Below are positions 13,560-24,807 of a DNA stretch of 64,000 bases, piece by piece. Below the pieces are notes generated by a model that saw only the letters and a list, made by a program, of their open reading frames with translations, did not search any database and was not told the DNA's origin. The position numbers and the translations under genes are program-made. How positions within the stretch are numbered: position 1 is the stretch's first letter; every line of letters starts with the position of its first letter. Source of the DNA: Eutreptiella sp. 'Long Island Sound 2002' (Eukaryota; Protista; Euglenida); NCBI GenBank assembly GCA_964036045.1, contig OZ038378.1, positions 125,860,001 through 125,924,000 of the forward strand. The letters run 5' to 3'.

Positions 13560-15560
13560 GTAGGATGTGCGCAGGGGACATACTACCTGTTACCTTGCCG
13601 GGATGCATGTTGTTGCCTTCCTTGGCCCCTTCATCAGCCATTTCATCACCCACTTGGTCGTGGAAGTCCTACATGATGTGTGCTCCTTTGGCTTAGGGTG
13701 TCCACACGCCCACCATACAGCTAGTTTGTTGGTTGTGGTCAGAAGGTGCGGTGCCTCCTACAAGTCATAGTCCAAGGACGGGAGATGCGGCATATGATTG
13801 ACAGCCTTGGTGATCACCTTGATGTCGACGGCAATGGTGTCCCCTAGTTGTGCTAGGGTGGTTGCGATCCATACCCCATACATTTCCGCCCTATAGATTG
13901 TTTGAGGGCCAAGTGTGCACGTCGTGATGCACTTCTTTCCATTGACGACGGCTGTACATGCTTGCTCTTGCGGCACCCTCCGTGGGTATACAACACGGCA
14001 GTGCCGAGGAAGCCCATTAGGTGCCATTCATGGCGGTCGCGGATGGTGTAGGTGTCAACGACAAAGGTTCCCATCTTTTGTGGGATCAAATGGAGATGCC
14101 GTTGCTGTACATCAGAATCCTATTGTGCGTCATCTGAATCTTTGTCGTCAAAAAGGTAGTGATACTCATCCCGCAGTCCCTTTGGGATCCTTTGGGGGGT
14201 TGTCCGGTGTGTTTTAGGTAGACGCCCCATGTCCATGCCGAATGAAAGCACGATATTGCGATATGGATGCACGATGTACAGGAACTTGCCATAACAGGTG
14301 GGACTAGACATTTTGTGGTCGGGCAACTAGAGTGTCTTTTGGACTAGTTGTATCATAGCACACATGCCCGCGTGGCACTGTGCGTCCTAGGTGACATGAC
14401 AGAAATCTACCATTTTCATATATGAAAAGCCAAAACGCGTGTGGCGGGGACACAATAGACTACCCATGCACGACCTCATCTTCACCTATTTGGCGCACAC
14501 GATCGCAAGCATGGGCTACAAGGGAAAGGCACGAAGCACCTTGCCCCCCCCCCCCCCCCGCCGAGCACAAGTTTGCGCATACGACGAGCTACCACTCACA
14601 AGTCTCGATCAAGCAAAAAATGTCAACTCCGTCCTCCTGCTCCGTGAGACGGACAAGAGCCTCTTTTTGTGGGACGCATGCCGGGGCAACAGACTTGAAA
14701 CCACCTCTCAAAACTACGTGCTAGGGGCTCCACGTGTGGAGAACTAGGGTTGAAACGGATCCGTATCTGGGATCATCACACCATGAGGTCTGCGAGCAGT
14801 TCTTTGAGTTCATCATGGTTCTTTACAATGAAGGCGATATCATCAACGTAAACAAATGCAATGGGGTACTTTGCCATGAGTTGTTGAAATAGCACCCAAT
14901 AGGAGAACATTACTGGGGACCAAGGGCAGCCTTCTTCACTCCTCTACTAGGTTAACAGTGGACGTGTTGCTCTTCTATGTCACAGTATGTGTCAGTGTGT
15001 AAGTACATTCAGTTGAATGCGACCAACGCAATCGTTCGGGAATCGTGCATGCGAGAGGATAGCAAACACGGCGACAAGTAATGTGGAGGAAAATGCTTTG
15101 GCCACATCCAACACGACGACATATGGGTCATAGCCCTCCATTTAGACCTCATGTACGGCGTTGACAAGGTTGGCGGCCTGCTCAAATGGGGTGTGGTGGG
15201 CTTGGACCCATATTGTTGTGGGCTGGTTATGTGGTCAACGAGCTGCTGCACGCGTACTCAATACAGCTCCATGGTCACACACTATATGTTGTTTGTGATC
15301 GCAATGGGTCTGTAGATTTCCGGACGTTACATGTCTCCTTTCTTATACATGAGGACCACTTCTGAATGCAACCAATGTTCGGGGATATATCCGGTCTTCT
15401 TGATGGGAAGACCTCCTTGGTGCAATATGCGCAGAGGGTTATCCGAGAGCGTTCCGAGCGGTTTATGTGGCACCCCGTCCGGGACTACCGCTTTGCGCCT
15501 AGCGTTGGCATGCTTCCTTGAATTCGTCGAAGGAAGCCGGGTCACCTCCCACGCGGAGTT
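13560..15560 (-). mobile_element. Degenerate LINE retrotransposon: RT plus RNase H, interrupted by an unrelated insert at ~14400-14750
   Basis: Minus-strand motifs in order: KAVVPDGVP, WLHSEVVLMYKKGD, YRPIAITN, SPQQYGSKP, VLDVAKAFSS, EGCPWSPVMF, AFVYVDDIAF (YxDD at ~14840), then RNase H motifs LYTHGG, GPQTIYRAEMYGV and VGDEMADEGAKEG. Frameshifts and stops throughout. Confidence 0.9.
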
Positions 15561-16359
15561 GCAAGATATATTGTTTGATTAGTTTGGGCATGGCGTCGCA
15601 TCCCGGATTTTTGGAGGGCTTGCACTAGCTCCGGGTTGGGTTCTGTTTCTGCTAGTTGCAGTTGGACGGGGCCCCTCCGCTAGTTGTTGGGCAAAGAAAA
15701 AAAACACCCGGTCTCTGCATAACGCACAGTACCGCATGGTACTTACTCATTTCGTGCCGTTGTCCCTCAATTCTTGTGCTATTTTCTTCTTTGTTATGTT
15801 GAAGTCTAGGGGCCATGGGCAAGTGGCCTATTCCTTGGTTTCTTGTTGCGCCTCCCAAGGACGGAGGCCACTCTACCTAATGCCTTCAGTAGTGCAACGG
15901 GACTGTGGATAGGGTTGTTTGTGAGGGTTGGTTGCGCATATATGCGTGTGGCTTCTTGTGTGGTGGCGTTTTCTTGGCTTACATCCTAGCGTCTCGTGCA
16001 GTGTGTAGCGGTTATGAAGGCCTTGCAATCAAAAACATGCACGTCGATGGTCACGATAACAAGCCAGTGGTCCGACGTCGGCATGAAAATAGCAATCAAA
16101 ATCAATGTAAATATCAATGATAATCAATGAAAATATGAATGAAAAACAATGAAAATATCAATGAACATTGGGACTCCATGGTACAGCATTGGTGACGGGC
16201 CACAAAGGGTGTAGGCCACAAGGGGGTTGCTACGTCACATGTTGCTCCATCGCTTTGCTTCTTATGTCCAAATCGCCGGGGATTTTAAATGGAAAATGCC
16301 TAGGAACGTGCTCGGATACACCTAAGGCTATACCGAATATGCTTGGGGATCGCCTAAGC

Positions 16360-16490
16360 GACCACCAGAAAAATCCCAAGCAATTTCCCGAGCGCCCACC
16401 GGATAAATCCCAAGCGATATCCCGAGTGGGCCCCGGATAAATCCCAAGCGATATCCCGAGCGCCCACCGGATAAATCCCGAGCGTTTTTC
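16360..16490 (+). repeat. 34-bp subterminal tandem repeat (~4 units)
   Basis: ggataaatcc recurs at 16401, 16435 and 16469; unit cgcccaccggataaatcccaagcgatatcccgag. Confidence 0.85.
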
Positions 16491-16569
16491 CAAGTGGCCA
16501 GCGGAGAAATCCCCGGTGACGGTTGGTGCACCCACGGAAAAAATCGCTGGTGGCGCGTACTAGCAGGGG

Positions 16570-17130
16570 AAAAAAAAAAGAAAAATTGTACAAAGTACCA
16601 CAAAAAACTTGTGTCGGGCACCTCCGAACAGTTGGGTATGCGGCCCAGGTGTTGCAGTCCGACATTCGCACCGCCCCACCCCAAAACAGGGTGGGTGACA
16701 TCGGTTTGGGTATACCCCGGCCGCACTGAGGACCTCAGGGAGTGGGTTCCTGAGGTAGAGGTCAGCAAAGGTTAACGGTCAACCCCACTTTCCACTATTG
16801 TATTTGAGGGCTTTTGGTCATAGGAAATCCGTACTTTCAATCGCAAATTCACACTAATGCAACATCCCTTTCGTTTGCAAGGTCCCAAATTCGCAAATGT
16901 GAGCATTGCAATAATAATGACTGCAAAATTGTACAAAGTACCACAAGAAACATGTGTGGGGCACCTCCCAACAGTTGGGTATGCGGCCCAGGTGCTGCAG
17001 TCCGACATTCGCACCGCCCCACCCGAACACACGGTGGGTGACATGGGTTGGGGTATACCCCGGCCGCACCGGGGACCTCGGGGAGTGGGTTCCTGAGGTA
17101 GAGGTCAGCAAAGGTTAATGGTCAACGCAG
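16570..17130 (+). repeat. Direct duplication of ~200 bp (16575-16780 and 16925-17125) separated by one monomer of the 94-bp satellite
   Basis: Both copies start aaaattgtacaaagtaccaca and end gaggtagaggtcagcaaaggttaa. The spacer 16790-16890 matches the 94-bp unit. Confidence 0.85.
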
Positions 17131-17640
17131 TCTGTTGGGTAATGGTCACCTTCGCGGAGCAAGGTGGTACGGGGGGCACTTGAGGATGCCTCATCCTCAT
17201 CAATGCACTCCACCTTCACAGCTGGCTTGCTTGGGACGCCACGGCGGCGAAACGTTTTTGGAGGTGGTGCCTCCGGGACAAGGGACTCACTGCTGCTGCT
17301 GCTGCTGGTGGTACTGGGGGTGCCACTACTTGTAGAATCACCGCTGTCCGTATCTGAAGATGCGTCACTGGATGCCGTAGAGGAATTACCAGAGCTGTCT
17401 GAAGCTGTTGGGTCAGGGTCCGACGAATTATTTGCATCCACAACAATGCGCCTGTGCAGCTTGACAACACGCATTGGTTAGGTCCGCTGTGTGGCCGAGT
17501 CCGACAGAGGACCAATACAAACGATGCGGCTGAGTCCTCCGCACTGTTTGTCACCATTGTCACCTTCGTCCCCTGTTCGCGGGTTGTACTATGCTTACCT
17601 ACCACTGCCTTACCTTTTGCCCGTTCCTTGGCCAATTGTT
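16925..17640 (-). pseudogene. Degenerate accessory ORF: Ser-rich region plus conserved EGDHYP..PLLTST..LG.IP.C.EVP domain, unknown function
   Basis: ORF pieces 17115-17474 and 16854-17111 are homologous to ORF 57339-57803 (EGDHYP, PLLTSTPG, VRPG.T, LG.IP.C.EVP). Confidence 0.55.
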
Positions 17641-17809
17641 TCCGCTATTTTTTGGTTAGATAAGGGTTCGCACTGGCATAGTTGAATGTTGGCCACTGCC
17701 GTACCGCTGCCATCGTTGCAAGCGTCCAGTGCCGTTGTCCACTCCGCTCAGCACCACAACGGCCACAGATGCAGTACACATCCATTTTCCGGCTGGCAGG
17801 TGTCAATGG

Positions 17810-19400
17810 TTATATATACCGACCGGGTGCTAACATGCATGTAGCACCTGAACGTATTGTTGTCCAAAATTTTTGCGAGCAATCGCTCGAACACTGCCCT
17901 CCACATGGGGGAGGCACTGACCACACACTGCTCCAAAACCACCCCCCGCCTCTCGGGGTGCCACAGATGGACCTTAGAGCGACGGGCACGGCCAGGAATT
18001 TGACATACATTTCGTGACCCAACGTCTCTTCAATACTTTTGTCTGCCACGGTGGAGGTGAGGTGGGCAAAGCGCTTGCCAAGCCTCAAATCCCTCTCTCG
18101 TGCCTCATCTATACAGCCCATCGGTAACCGAGGCAGCTGGAAAACATGTTCCATACCATGACAATACAAGGTCTCTGTGCTACCTTCCTCACTGTATTCC
18201 AGGATAAGGTGCATCAGAAACACATGAAGCAGGCCCCAGATGTGCCATTCACTGGTGGGTATTTGTAGGGTACCACTATAGATCAGAACAACGATGTGAC
18301 AGATCGAGAGGAACAACACATGGTAAGGCAACGGAAGAGCAACATCTTGTGCAAGCCGTGACGCAAGCGACCGGGCCTCCCGACCCGTTAGCGAAACACC
18401 GGTCCGGAAGCGGCGTGGCACTAACAAGCGATGCTGACGGGAGTCAACAGGCACTTTCGTGATACCGTAGCCTATTGCCACGGTAACCAGATACTGGAAC
18501 AGTACGTTTGAATCTGCGGGGGGTTATACGTGCATGCACGACTAATGGCCCCTTTGATATTATGCAACACAGGATGCATTGGAAAAACATTTTGCAGGCC
18601 AGTGGTGCCCGCAAATTTTGTGCAGGGGCGTTCATGAAAGAAAAACGGTTCATGTAGGAACATGTCCCGAACACCGTGTGCTCTTTCCCAAGGGCACACA
18701 ACACAGGCACGCCCCCCCGGCTCCCACCATAGCTGATGGTGGTCAACAATTACAAACTGAAAAGCAACCGTGACTTGCACACGGTGGACACACCGGGCAA
18801 AACGCATAGGGACAACAAAAGGCTGGGCAGCTAGAGCATTCAACTCCCTACGTCTATGCTCCGCCACCCAACCGGTATAATCAACCTTGGACATTTCTCA
18901 CCAGGTCAAAAAACCGGTTGTTTCGGGAATGGTTTCAACAAAAGGGAACAGTGTCCCTCCCAGGTCTACCAAGGCAGCTTTGATGTTGACATTTGGACGG
19001 CCCCTTAGGGTAATTCCGCCACAAAAAATTGCAAGGGACAGAGTGCACTGGCCTGGTGGTGTAGAGGAGCGGCCCCTGCCTATTAGAGGCCCCGATTCTT
19101 TGAGAAGGTGTGCGACCACAGCCACCAGAAGCTTGTGATTCTCGGTGTCATAATTAAACTGTGGCAATATTATATTCTCCAACCCCCTCAACCGTTCAAT
19201 TGACCAGTGAGGCTGTACCTAGTTTAGAGTCTTCAGTACCCTCTTTGAGGCCAAAGCTTCATGCCGCAGACGAAGCAAATCGCTGGGCGATGGCTGAGGC
19301 GGTTTGGACGTTGAAGGGTTGCGGTGGATTTCTTGGCCACAGAGTCAACACTTGTATAGTGTGACACCCTCCGTCTTTGGAAGCCTTCTCTGTTTGATGT
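17810..19400 (-). pseudogene. Degenerate DDE transposase, Transib/RAG1/Chapaev-like motif spacing (lineage B)
   Basis: Across frameshifted ORFs: LSLAIFCGG (first-D site, D apparently mutated), FVIVDHHQLWW..G..RACVVC (second D plus CxxC), FPMHPVLH..MAIG (LH motif), LLHVFLMHL..GS...HGMEH (H..E region). Confidence 0.55.
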
Positions 19401-19580
19401 CGTTTAATGACATTGCTTTGGCTGCCGGGAACTCCCTTGTGTAGGCCTCGTCCCAGCCTTGTGCTTGTTCTGGTATAGCGTAAATGAAGGCGTGTCCTCG
19501 GTCAAGGGAAGGAGGTCCACGAACGGAGTGCAGCCACCCGTTCACCACAAATTGGTGGAAGATAGTATGCACGAAGTCGC

Positions 19581-19720
19581 CCCCCCCTACCCCCCCCCCT
19601 ACCTACCCCCCCCTACCCCCCCCAACCCCCCCCTACCCCCCCCAAACCCCCCCCTACCCCCCCCTACCCCCCCCCCCTACCTCCCCCCCCTACCCCCCCC
19701 CCCCTACCTCCCCCCCCTAC
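19581..19720 (+). repeat. C-rich (C5-9 TA/AA)n tract, G-quadruplex-prone on the minus strand
   Basis: Runs such as ccccccctacccccccctacctaccccc. Confidence 0.85.
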
Positions 19721-19799
19721 CTTCGGCTCGCTTCACTCGACAGACGGCTCGCTTCGCTCGACGCGGGGGCCAGCCCCCGCACCCCCCTTAAATGACATG

Positions 19800-20350
19800 A
19801 CTCCTGCGGTGCCCACAGACCGCCTTGTGTGTGCACCGCCTTTTGTGTGTACCGCCTTGCCTGTGGCCCCTTAAATAACAAGACTCCTGCTGTGGCCACA
19901 GGCCGCCTTTTGTGTGTTCCGCCTTGTGTGTGCACCGCCTTCTGTGTGTACCGCCTTGCCTGTGGCCCCTTAAATAACAAGACTCCTGCGGTGGCTACAG
20001 ACCGCCTTTTGTGTGTTCCGCCTTGTGTGTGCACCGCCTTCTGTGTGTACCGCCTTTCCTGTGGCCCCTTAAATAACAAGACTCCTGCGGTGGCTACAGA
20101 CCGCCTTTTGTGTGTTCCGCCTTTTGTGTGTTCCGCCTTGTGTGTGCACCGCCTTCTGTGTGTACCGCCTTGCCTGTGGCCCCTCAAATAACAAGACTCC
20201 TGCAGTGGCTACAGACCGCCTTTTGTGTGTTCCGCCTTGTGTGTGCACCGCCTTCTGTGTGCACCGCCTGGCCTGTGGCCCCTTAAATAACCAGACTCCT
20301 GCGGTGGCCACAGGCCGCCGTTTGTGTGTTCCGCCTTGTGTGTGCACCGC
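19800..20350 (+). repeat. 99-bp minisatellite (~5.5 units) built from 15-17-bp ccgccttttgtgtgt subrepeats
   Basis: ctgtggcccc recurs at 19861, 19960, 20059, 20174 and 20273 (period 99; one unit carries an extra subrepeat). Confidence 0.9.
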
Positions 20351-20352
20351 CT

Positions 20353-20480
20353 TCCCCCCCCATACCCCCCCCTACCTTCTCGACCCCCCCCCTACCTCCC
20401 CCCCCTACCCCCCCCCTACCTCCCCCCCCTACCTCCCCCCCCTACCCCCCCCCAACCCCCCCCCAACCCCCCCCCCTACC
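20353..20480 (+). repeat. Second C-rich tract
   Basis: Same ccccccctac-type runs as 19581-19720. Confidence 0.85.
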
Positions 20481-20557
20481 TCCAAGGTAGGGGGGGGCGA
20501 CATCGTGCGATATATGGGTGGAAGGACATTGGAGGCCTAATAAACGGAAAAGGGCAT

Positions 20558-23165
20558 GAGGGCTTTTGGTCAAGAAAAAACCGTACTTTCAATCGCAAAT
20601 TCACACCAATGCAACATTCCATGTCTCTCGGGCCATTCCAGTATGGTATTTGAGTGCTTCTGGTGAAGGGAGAACCGTACTTTCAATCGCAAATTCACAC
20701 TAATGCAACATTCCATGTCTCTCGGGCCATTCCAATATGGTATTTGAGTGCTTCTGGTCAAGAAAAAACCGTACTTTCAATCGCAAATCCACACCAATGC
20801 AACATCCCATCTCTCTCGGGCCATTCCAATATGGTATTTGAGTGCTTTTGGTCACGAGAAAACCGTACTTTCAATCGCGAGTTTCCTACCAATGCAACAT
20901 TCCACGTCTCTCGGGCCATTCCACTATGGTATATGAGTCCTTCTGGTGAAGACAAAAACCGAACTTTCAATCGCAAATTCACACCAATGCAACATCCCAT
21001 GTCTCTCGGGCCATTCCAATATGGTATTTGAGTGCTTCTGGTGAAGGGAGAACCGTACTTTCAATCGCAAATTCACACCAATGCAACATTCCATGCCTCT
21101 CGGGCCATTCCAATATGGTATTTGAGTGCTTCTGGTCAAGAAAAAACCGTACTTTCAATCGCAAATCCACACCAATGCAACATCCCATCTCTCTCGGGCC
21201 ATTCCAATATGGTATTTGAGTGCTTTTGGTCACGAGAAAACCGTACTTTCAATCGCGAGTTTCCTACCAATGCAACATTCCACGTCTCTCGGGCCATTCC
21301 ACTATGGTATATGAGTCCTTCTGGTGAAGACAAAAACCGAACTTTCAATCGCAAATTCACACCAATGCAACATCCCATGTCTCTCGGGCCATTCCAATAT
21401 GGTATTTGAGTGCTTCTGGTGAAGAGAAAACCGTACTTTCAATCGCAAATGCACACCAATGCAACTTCCCATCTCTCTCGGGCCATTCCAGTATGGTATT
21501 TGAGTGCTTCTGGTGAAGGGAGAACCGTACTTTCAATCGCAAATTCACACCAATGCAACATTCCATGTCTCTCGGGCCATTCCAATATGGTATTTGAGTG
21601 CTTCTGGTCAAGAAAACACCGTACTTTCAATCGCAAATTCACACCAATGCAACATCCCATCTCTCTCGGGCCATTCCATTATGGTATTTGAGTGCTTCTG
21701 GTCACGAGAAAACCGTACTTTCAATCGCAAGTTTCCTACCAATGCAACGTTCCATGTCTCTTGCGCCATTCCACTATGTATTTGAGTCCTTCTGGTCAAG
21801 AGAAAACCGTACTTTCAATCGCAAATTCACACCAATGCAACATCCCATGTCTCTCGGGCCATTCCACTATGGTATTTGAGTGCTTCCGGTGAAAAGAAAA
21901 CCGTACGTTCAATCGCAAATTCACACCAATGCAACATGCCATATCTCTCGGGCCATTCCAATATGGTATTTGAGTGCTCCTGGTCAAGAAAACACCGTCC
22001 TTTCAATCGCAAATTCACATCAATGCAACATCCCATGTCTCTTGGGCCATTCCCGTATGGTATTTGAGTGCTTCTGGTGAAGAGAAAACCGTACTTTCAA
22101 TCGCAAATTCACATCAGTGCAACATCCCATGTCTCTCGGGCCATTCCACTATGGTATTTGAGTGCTTCTGGTGAAGAGAAAACCGTACTTTCAATCGCAA
22201 ATTCACACCAATGCAACATCCCATGTCTCGCGGGCCATTCCAGTGTGGTATTGGAGGGCTTTTGGTCAACAGAAAACCGTACTTTCAATCGCAAATTCCT
22301 ACCAATGCAACATTCCATGTCTCTCGGGTCATTCCAGTATGGTATTTGAGTCCTTCTGGTGAAGAGAAAATCGTACTTTCAATCGCAAATTCACATCGAT
22401 GCAACATCCCATGTCTATTGGGCCATTCCAATATGGTTTTTGAGAGCTTTTGGTCAAGAAAAAACCGTACTTACTATCGCAAGTTCACACCAATGCAACA
22501 TCCCATGTCTCTCGGGCCATTCTAGTGTCGTATTTTGAGGGCTTTTGGTCAAGGGAAAACCGTACTTTCAATCGCAAATTCACACCAATGCAACATTCCA
22601 TGTCTCTCGGGCCATTCCAATATGGTACTTGAGTGCTTCTGCGGAAGAGAAAACCGTACTTTCAATCGCAAATTCACACCAATGCAACATCCCATGTCTC
22701 TCGGGCCATTCCAGTATAGTTTGTGAGAGCTTTTGGTCAAGAAAAAACCGTACTTTCAATCGCAAATTCACACCAATGCAACATCCCATGGCTCTCGGGC
22801 CATTCCAATATGGTTTTTGAGAGCTTTTGGTCAAGAAAAAACCGTACTTTCAATCGCAAATTCCTACCAATGCAACATCCCATGGCTCTTGGGCCGTTCC
22901 AGTATGGTATTTGAGAGCTTCTGGTCAAGAGAAAACCGTACTTTCAATCGCAAATGCACACCAATGCAACATCCCATGTCTGTTGGGCCATTCCAATATG
23001 GTTTTGAGAGCTCTTGGTCAAGGGAAAACCGTACTTTCAATCGCAAATTCACACTAGTGCAACATCCCATGTTTGTTGGGCCATTCCAATATGGTGTTTG
23101 AGAGCTTTTGGCCAAGTGAAAACAGTACTCTCAATCGCACAATCACAGTAATGCAACATCCCTTT
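20558..23165 (+). repeat. 94-bp tandem satellite (~27-28 units) with a 378-bp 4-mer higher-order repeat in its left part
   Basis: Unit gagtgcttctggt..agaaaaccgtactttcaatcgcaaattcacaccaatgcaacatcccatgtctctcgggccattccaatatggtattt; unit starts at 20558, 20652, 20746. Near-identical ORF translations start at 20654 and 21032, 378 bp apart. Confidence 0.95.
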
Positions 23166-23236
23166 CGTTCGCAAACTCGCAATGTCGCACATCTCGGCTA
23201 TACCAATACGAAAAGTAGCCAGTAGCTCATTCGTCG

Positions 23237-23734
23237 TTAGTTAAAATCCCATTCAATCAGCACCTCTCGCTGCTGGGACATCCAGTGACGGGGACGCGTG
23301 ACACGACCCGTCAGGTAATCCAGCGCAGTGCGGCCGTGCACAACGCGGAGAAGGCCGCCACTTCCACACCAGATGGCACTCCGGCCCAAAAGGCGCGGGT
23401 TGTCAAACTGGCGACACTGAAAACATGCGGCCAGTTGGATGGCCGCGGGCGTGAGGGGTACGTACCCTGGCCCCTGCTGCAAACCCTGCCGCAAACTGTC
23501 CATGGCGAGGCCAAGTTCAGACTTCTTCCCTCGCCGCCAAGTTGGCTGCCCCGGCGCCCCGCCTTCCCGCCGCCCTGGCGTCTGCATTTCTTGCATCCAT
23601 TGATGCACCTCCTCACCCAGGCGACGGCATTGTTTCCCCGTTAGCCGCAAAGACGAGGCCGGGGGGGAGGCCGAGGTGTGCGAGAAAACCTGCATGGCCT
23701 GGAGTGCCTGGTACGCGCACCCCTGGGCCAGCAC
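23237..23734 (-). other. GC-rich ORF-like segment (165 aa), unknown, possibly degenerate cargo
   Basis: Open frame in the ORF track with coding-like GC-rich composition; no recognisable motif. Confidence 0.25.
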
Positions 23735-24081
23735 ATCACGAGCCTTGCATACGACACGTGTACAGGGAAAACCACGCTGCTGCAGGGCGGCCTACAGGCT
23801 ACTACTCTGTGGCGAATTCGCTGGGTCAACAATAGTGCCCGTATACTTTATAACATCCCGCGTGGGGGGGGGGGGGCACGCGGTCACCCCCCCTCCACCT
23901 TGGCCTTTTTGGCGGGTGGTTCAGACACACAAGGAACAGCGGAACCTGAATCAAACAGAGAATCACCGGCCTTACGTTTACCAGCCTTACGCAAGGGCGG
24001 TGCATCAGGGCCCAGGACTTGAATGGCATAGCAGTGAGCAGATGTGGGGGCTGAACTAATGACCTCCGGGATCCCCGTGCT

Positions 24082-24807
24082 CTACACACTCAGATCAAGA
24101 GGACGAAAATCTTCTTGCGGGGATACCACCTTGCGTGCTACCCCCTTGCCCCGGAGGCAATAGTAGTTCCTGGCGGCCTTGTTGAACTTCTCGGCCCCCG
24201 GCGCATAGTCCTTGAAAAGCCGCTCCCGCTCCTTCCGCAACGCAGCACCCGCCTTCTTCAGCGCCCCCGGTCCGGCCTTCCGCTGGTCGTGGACGGTCTT
24301 CTTCGCCTTTGCCACCGGGGCCCCCAAGGTTTGCTTGAGCTTGGTGAGACCATCACAGGCCTTTCCAAGGTCTTCCCTGGTCAGGCCCATGAGGTCTGCC
24401 TGCAGCCGCTCGTAGAAGTCCCTCTGCATGCCATGGTCCTTTTGGCACCGCGCCGACAAGTGCGGTGTTCCTTCCTACAGGGCCCAGGATCTCCAGTACA
24501 TCAGCAGCGGTCCGCGGGGTCGTTCGATGAGGTAAAAGCTGTTGGTGCTGCCCTCCACCCCAAACCAATTACCCACGTAATAGGCCCACCTGGCAGGGAG
24601 GTCCTCCCGACAGCCGTCCCTCTCGGCCATGGCGTTGTTGGCGAAGGCGAATACGGAGCTGGACATGAAACGAAGAGCAGAAGCTATGGTAGCAGAAGCA
24701 GCGTAGGGCTTGGGGCAAAGGAAGTGGAGGTAGAAACCCAGTACGCCACCTACTTCGTCCCCTGCGCGTCCCCACTCGGTTGAGGCGGCTGCCAGGCAGC
24801 TTGCCAA
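24082..24807 (-). pseudogene. Unknown ~240-codon ORF interrupted by a single in-frame TAG (24475-24477)
   Basis: ORFs 24475-24807 and 24082-24459 share one frame (...YWRSWAL*EGTPHLSARCQKDH...). Strongly coding-like GC-rich sequence with a helical, K/A/R-rich C-terminal half. Confidence 0.5.

Noticed and set aside
19484-23115. Many ORFs over the C-rich tracts and the 99/94-bp arrays (poly-Pro, Cys-rich, repeated peptides)
   Set aside because: These are translation artefacts of tandem repeats, open on both strands and in several frames.
20558-23165. CRISPR array
   Set aside because: Whole 94-bp units repeat with point variation and there are no unique spacers; no cas genes; eukaryotic context.
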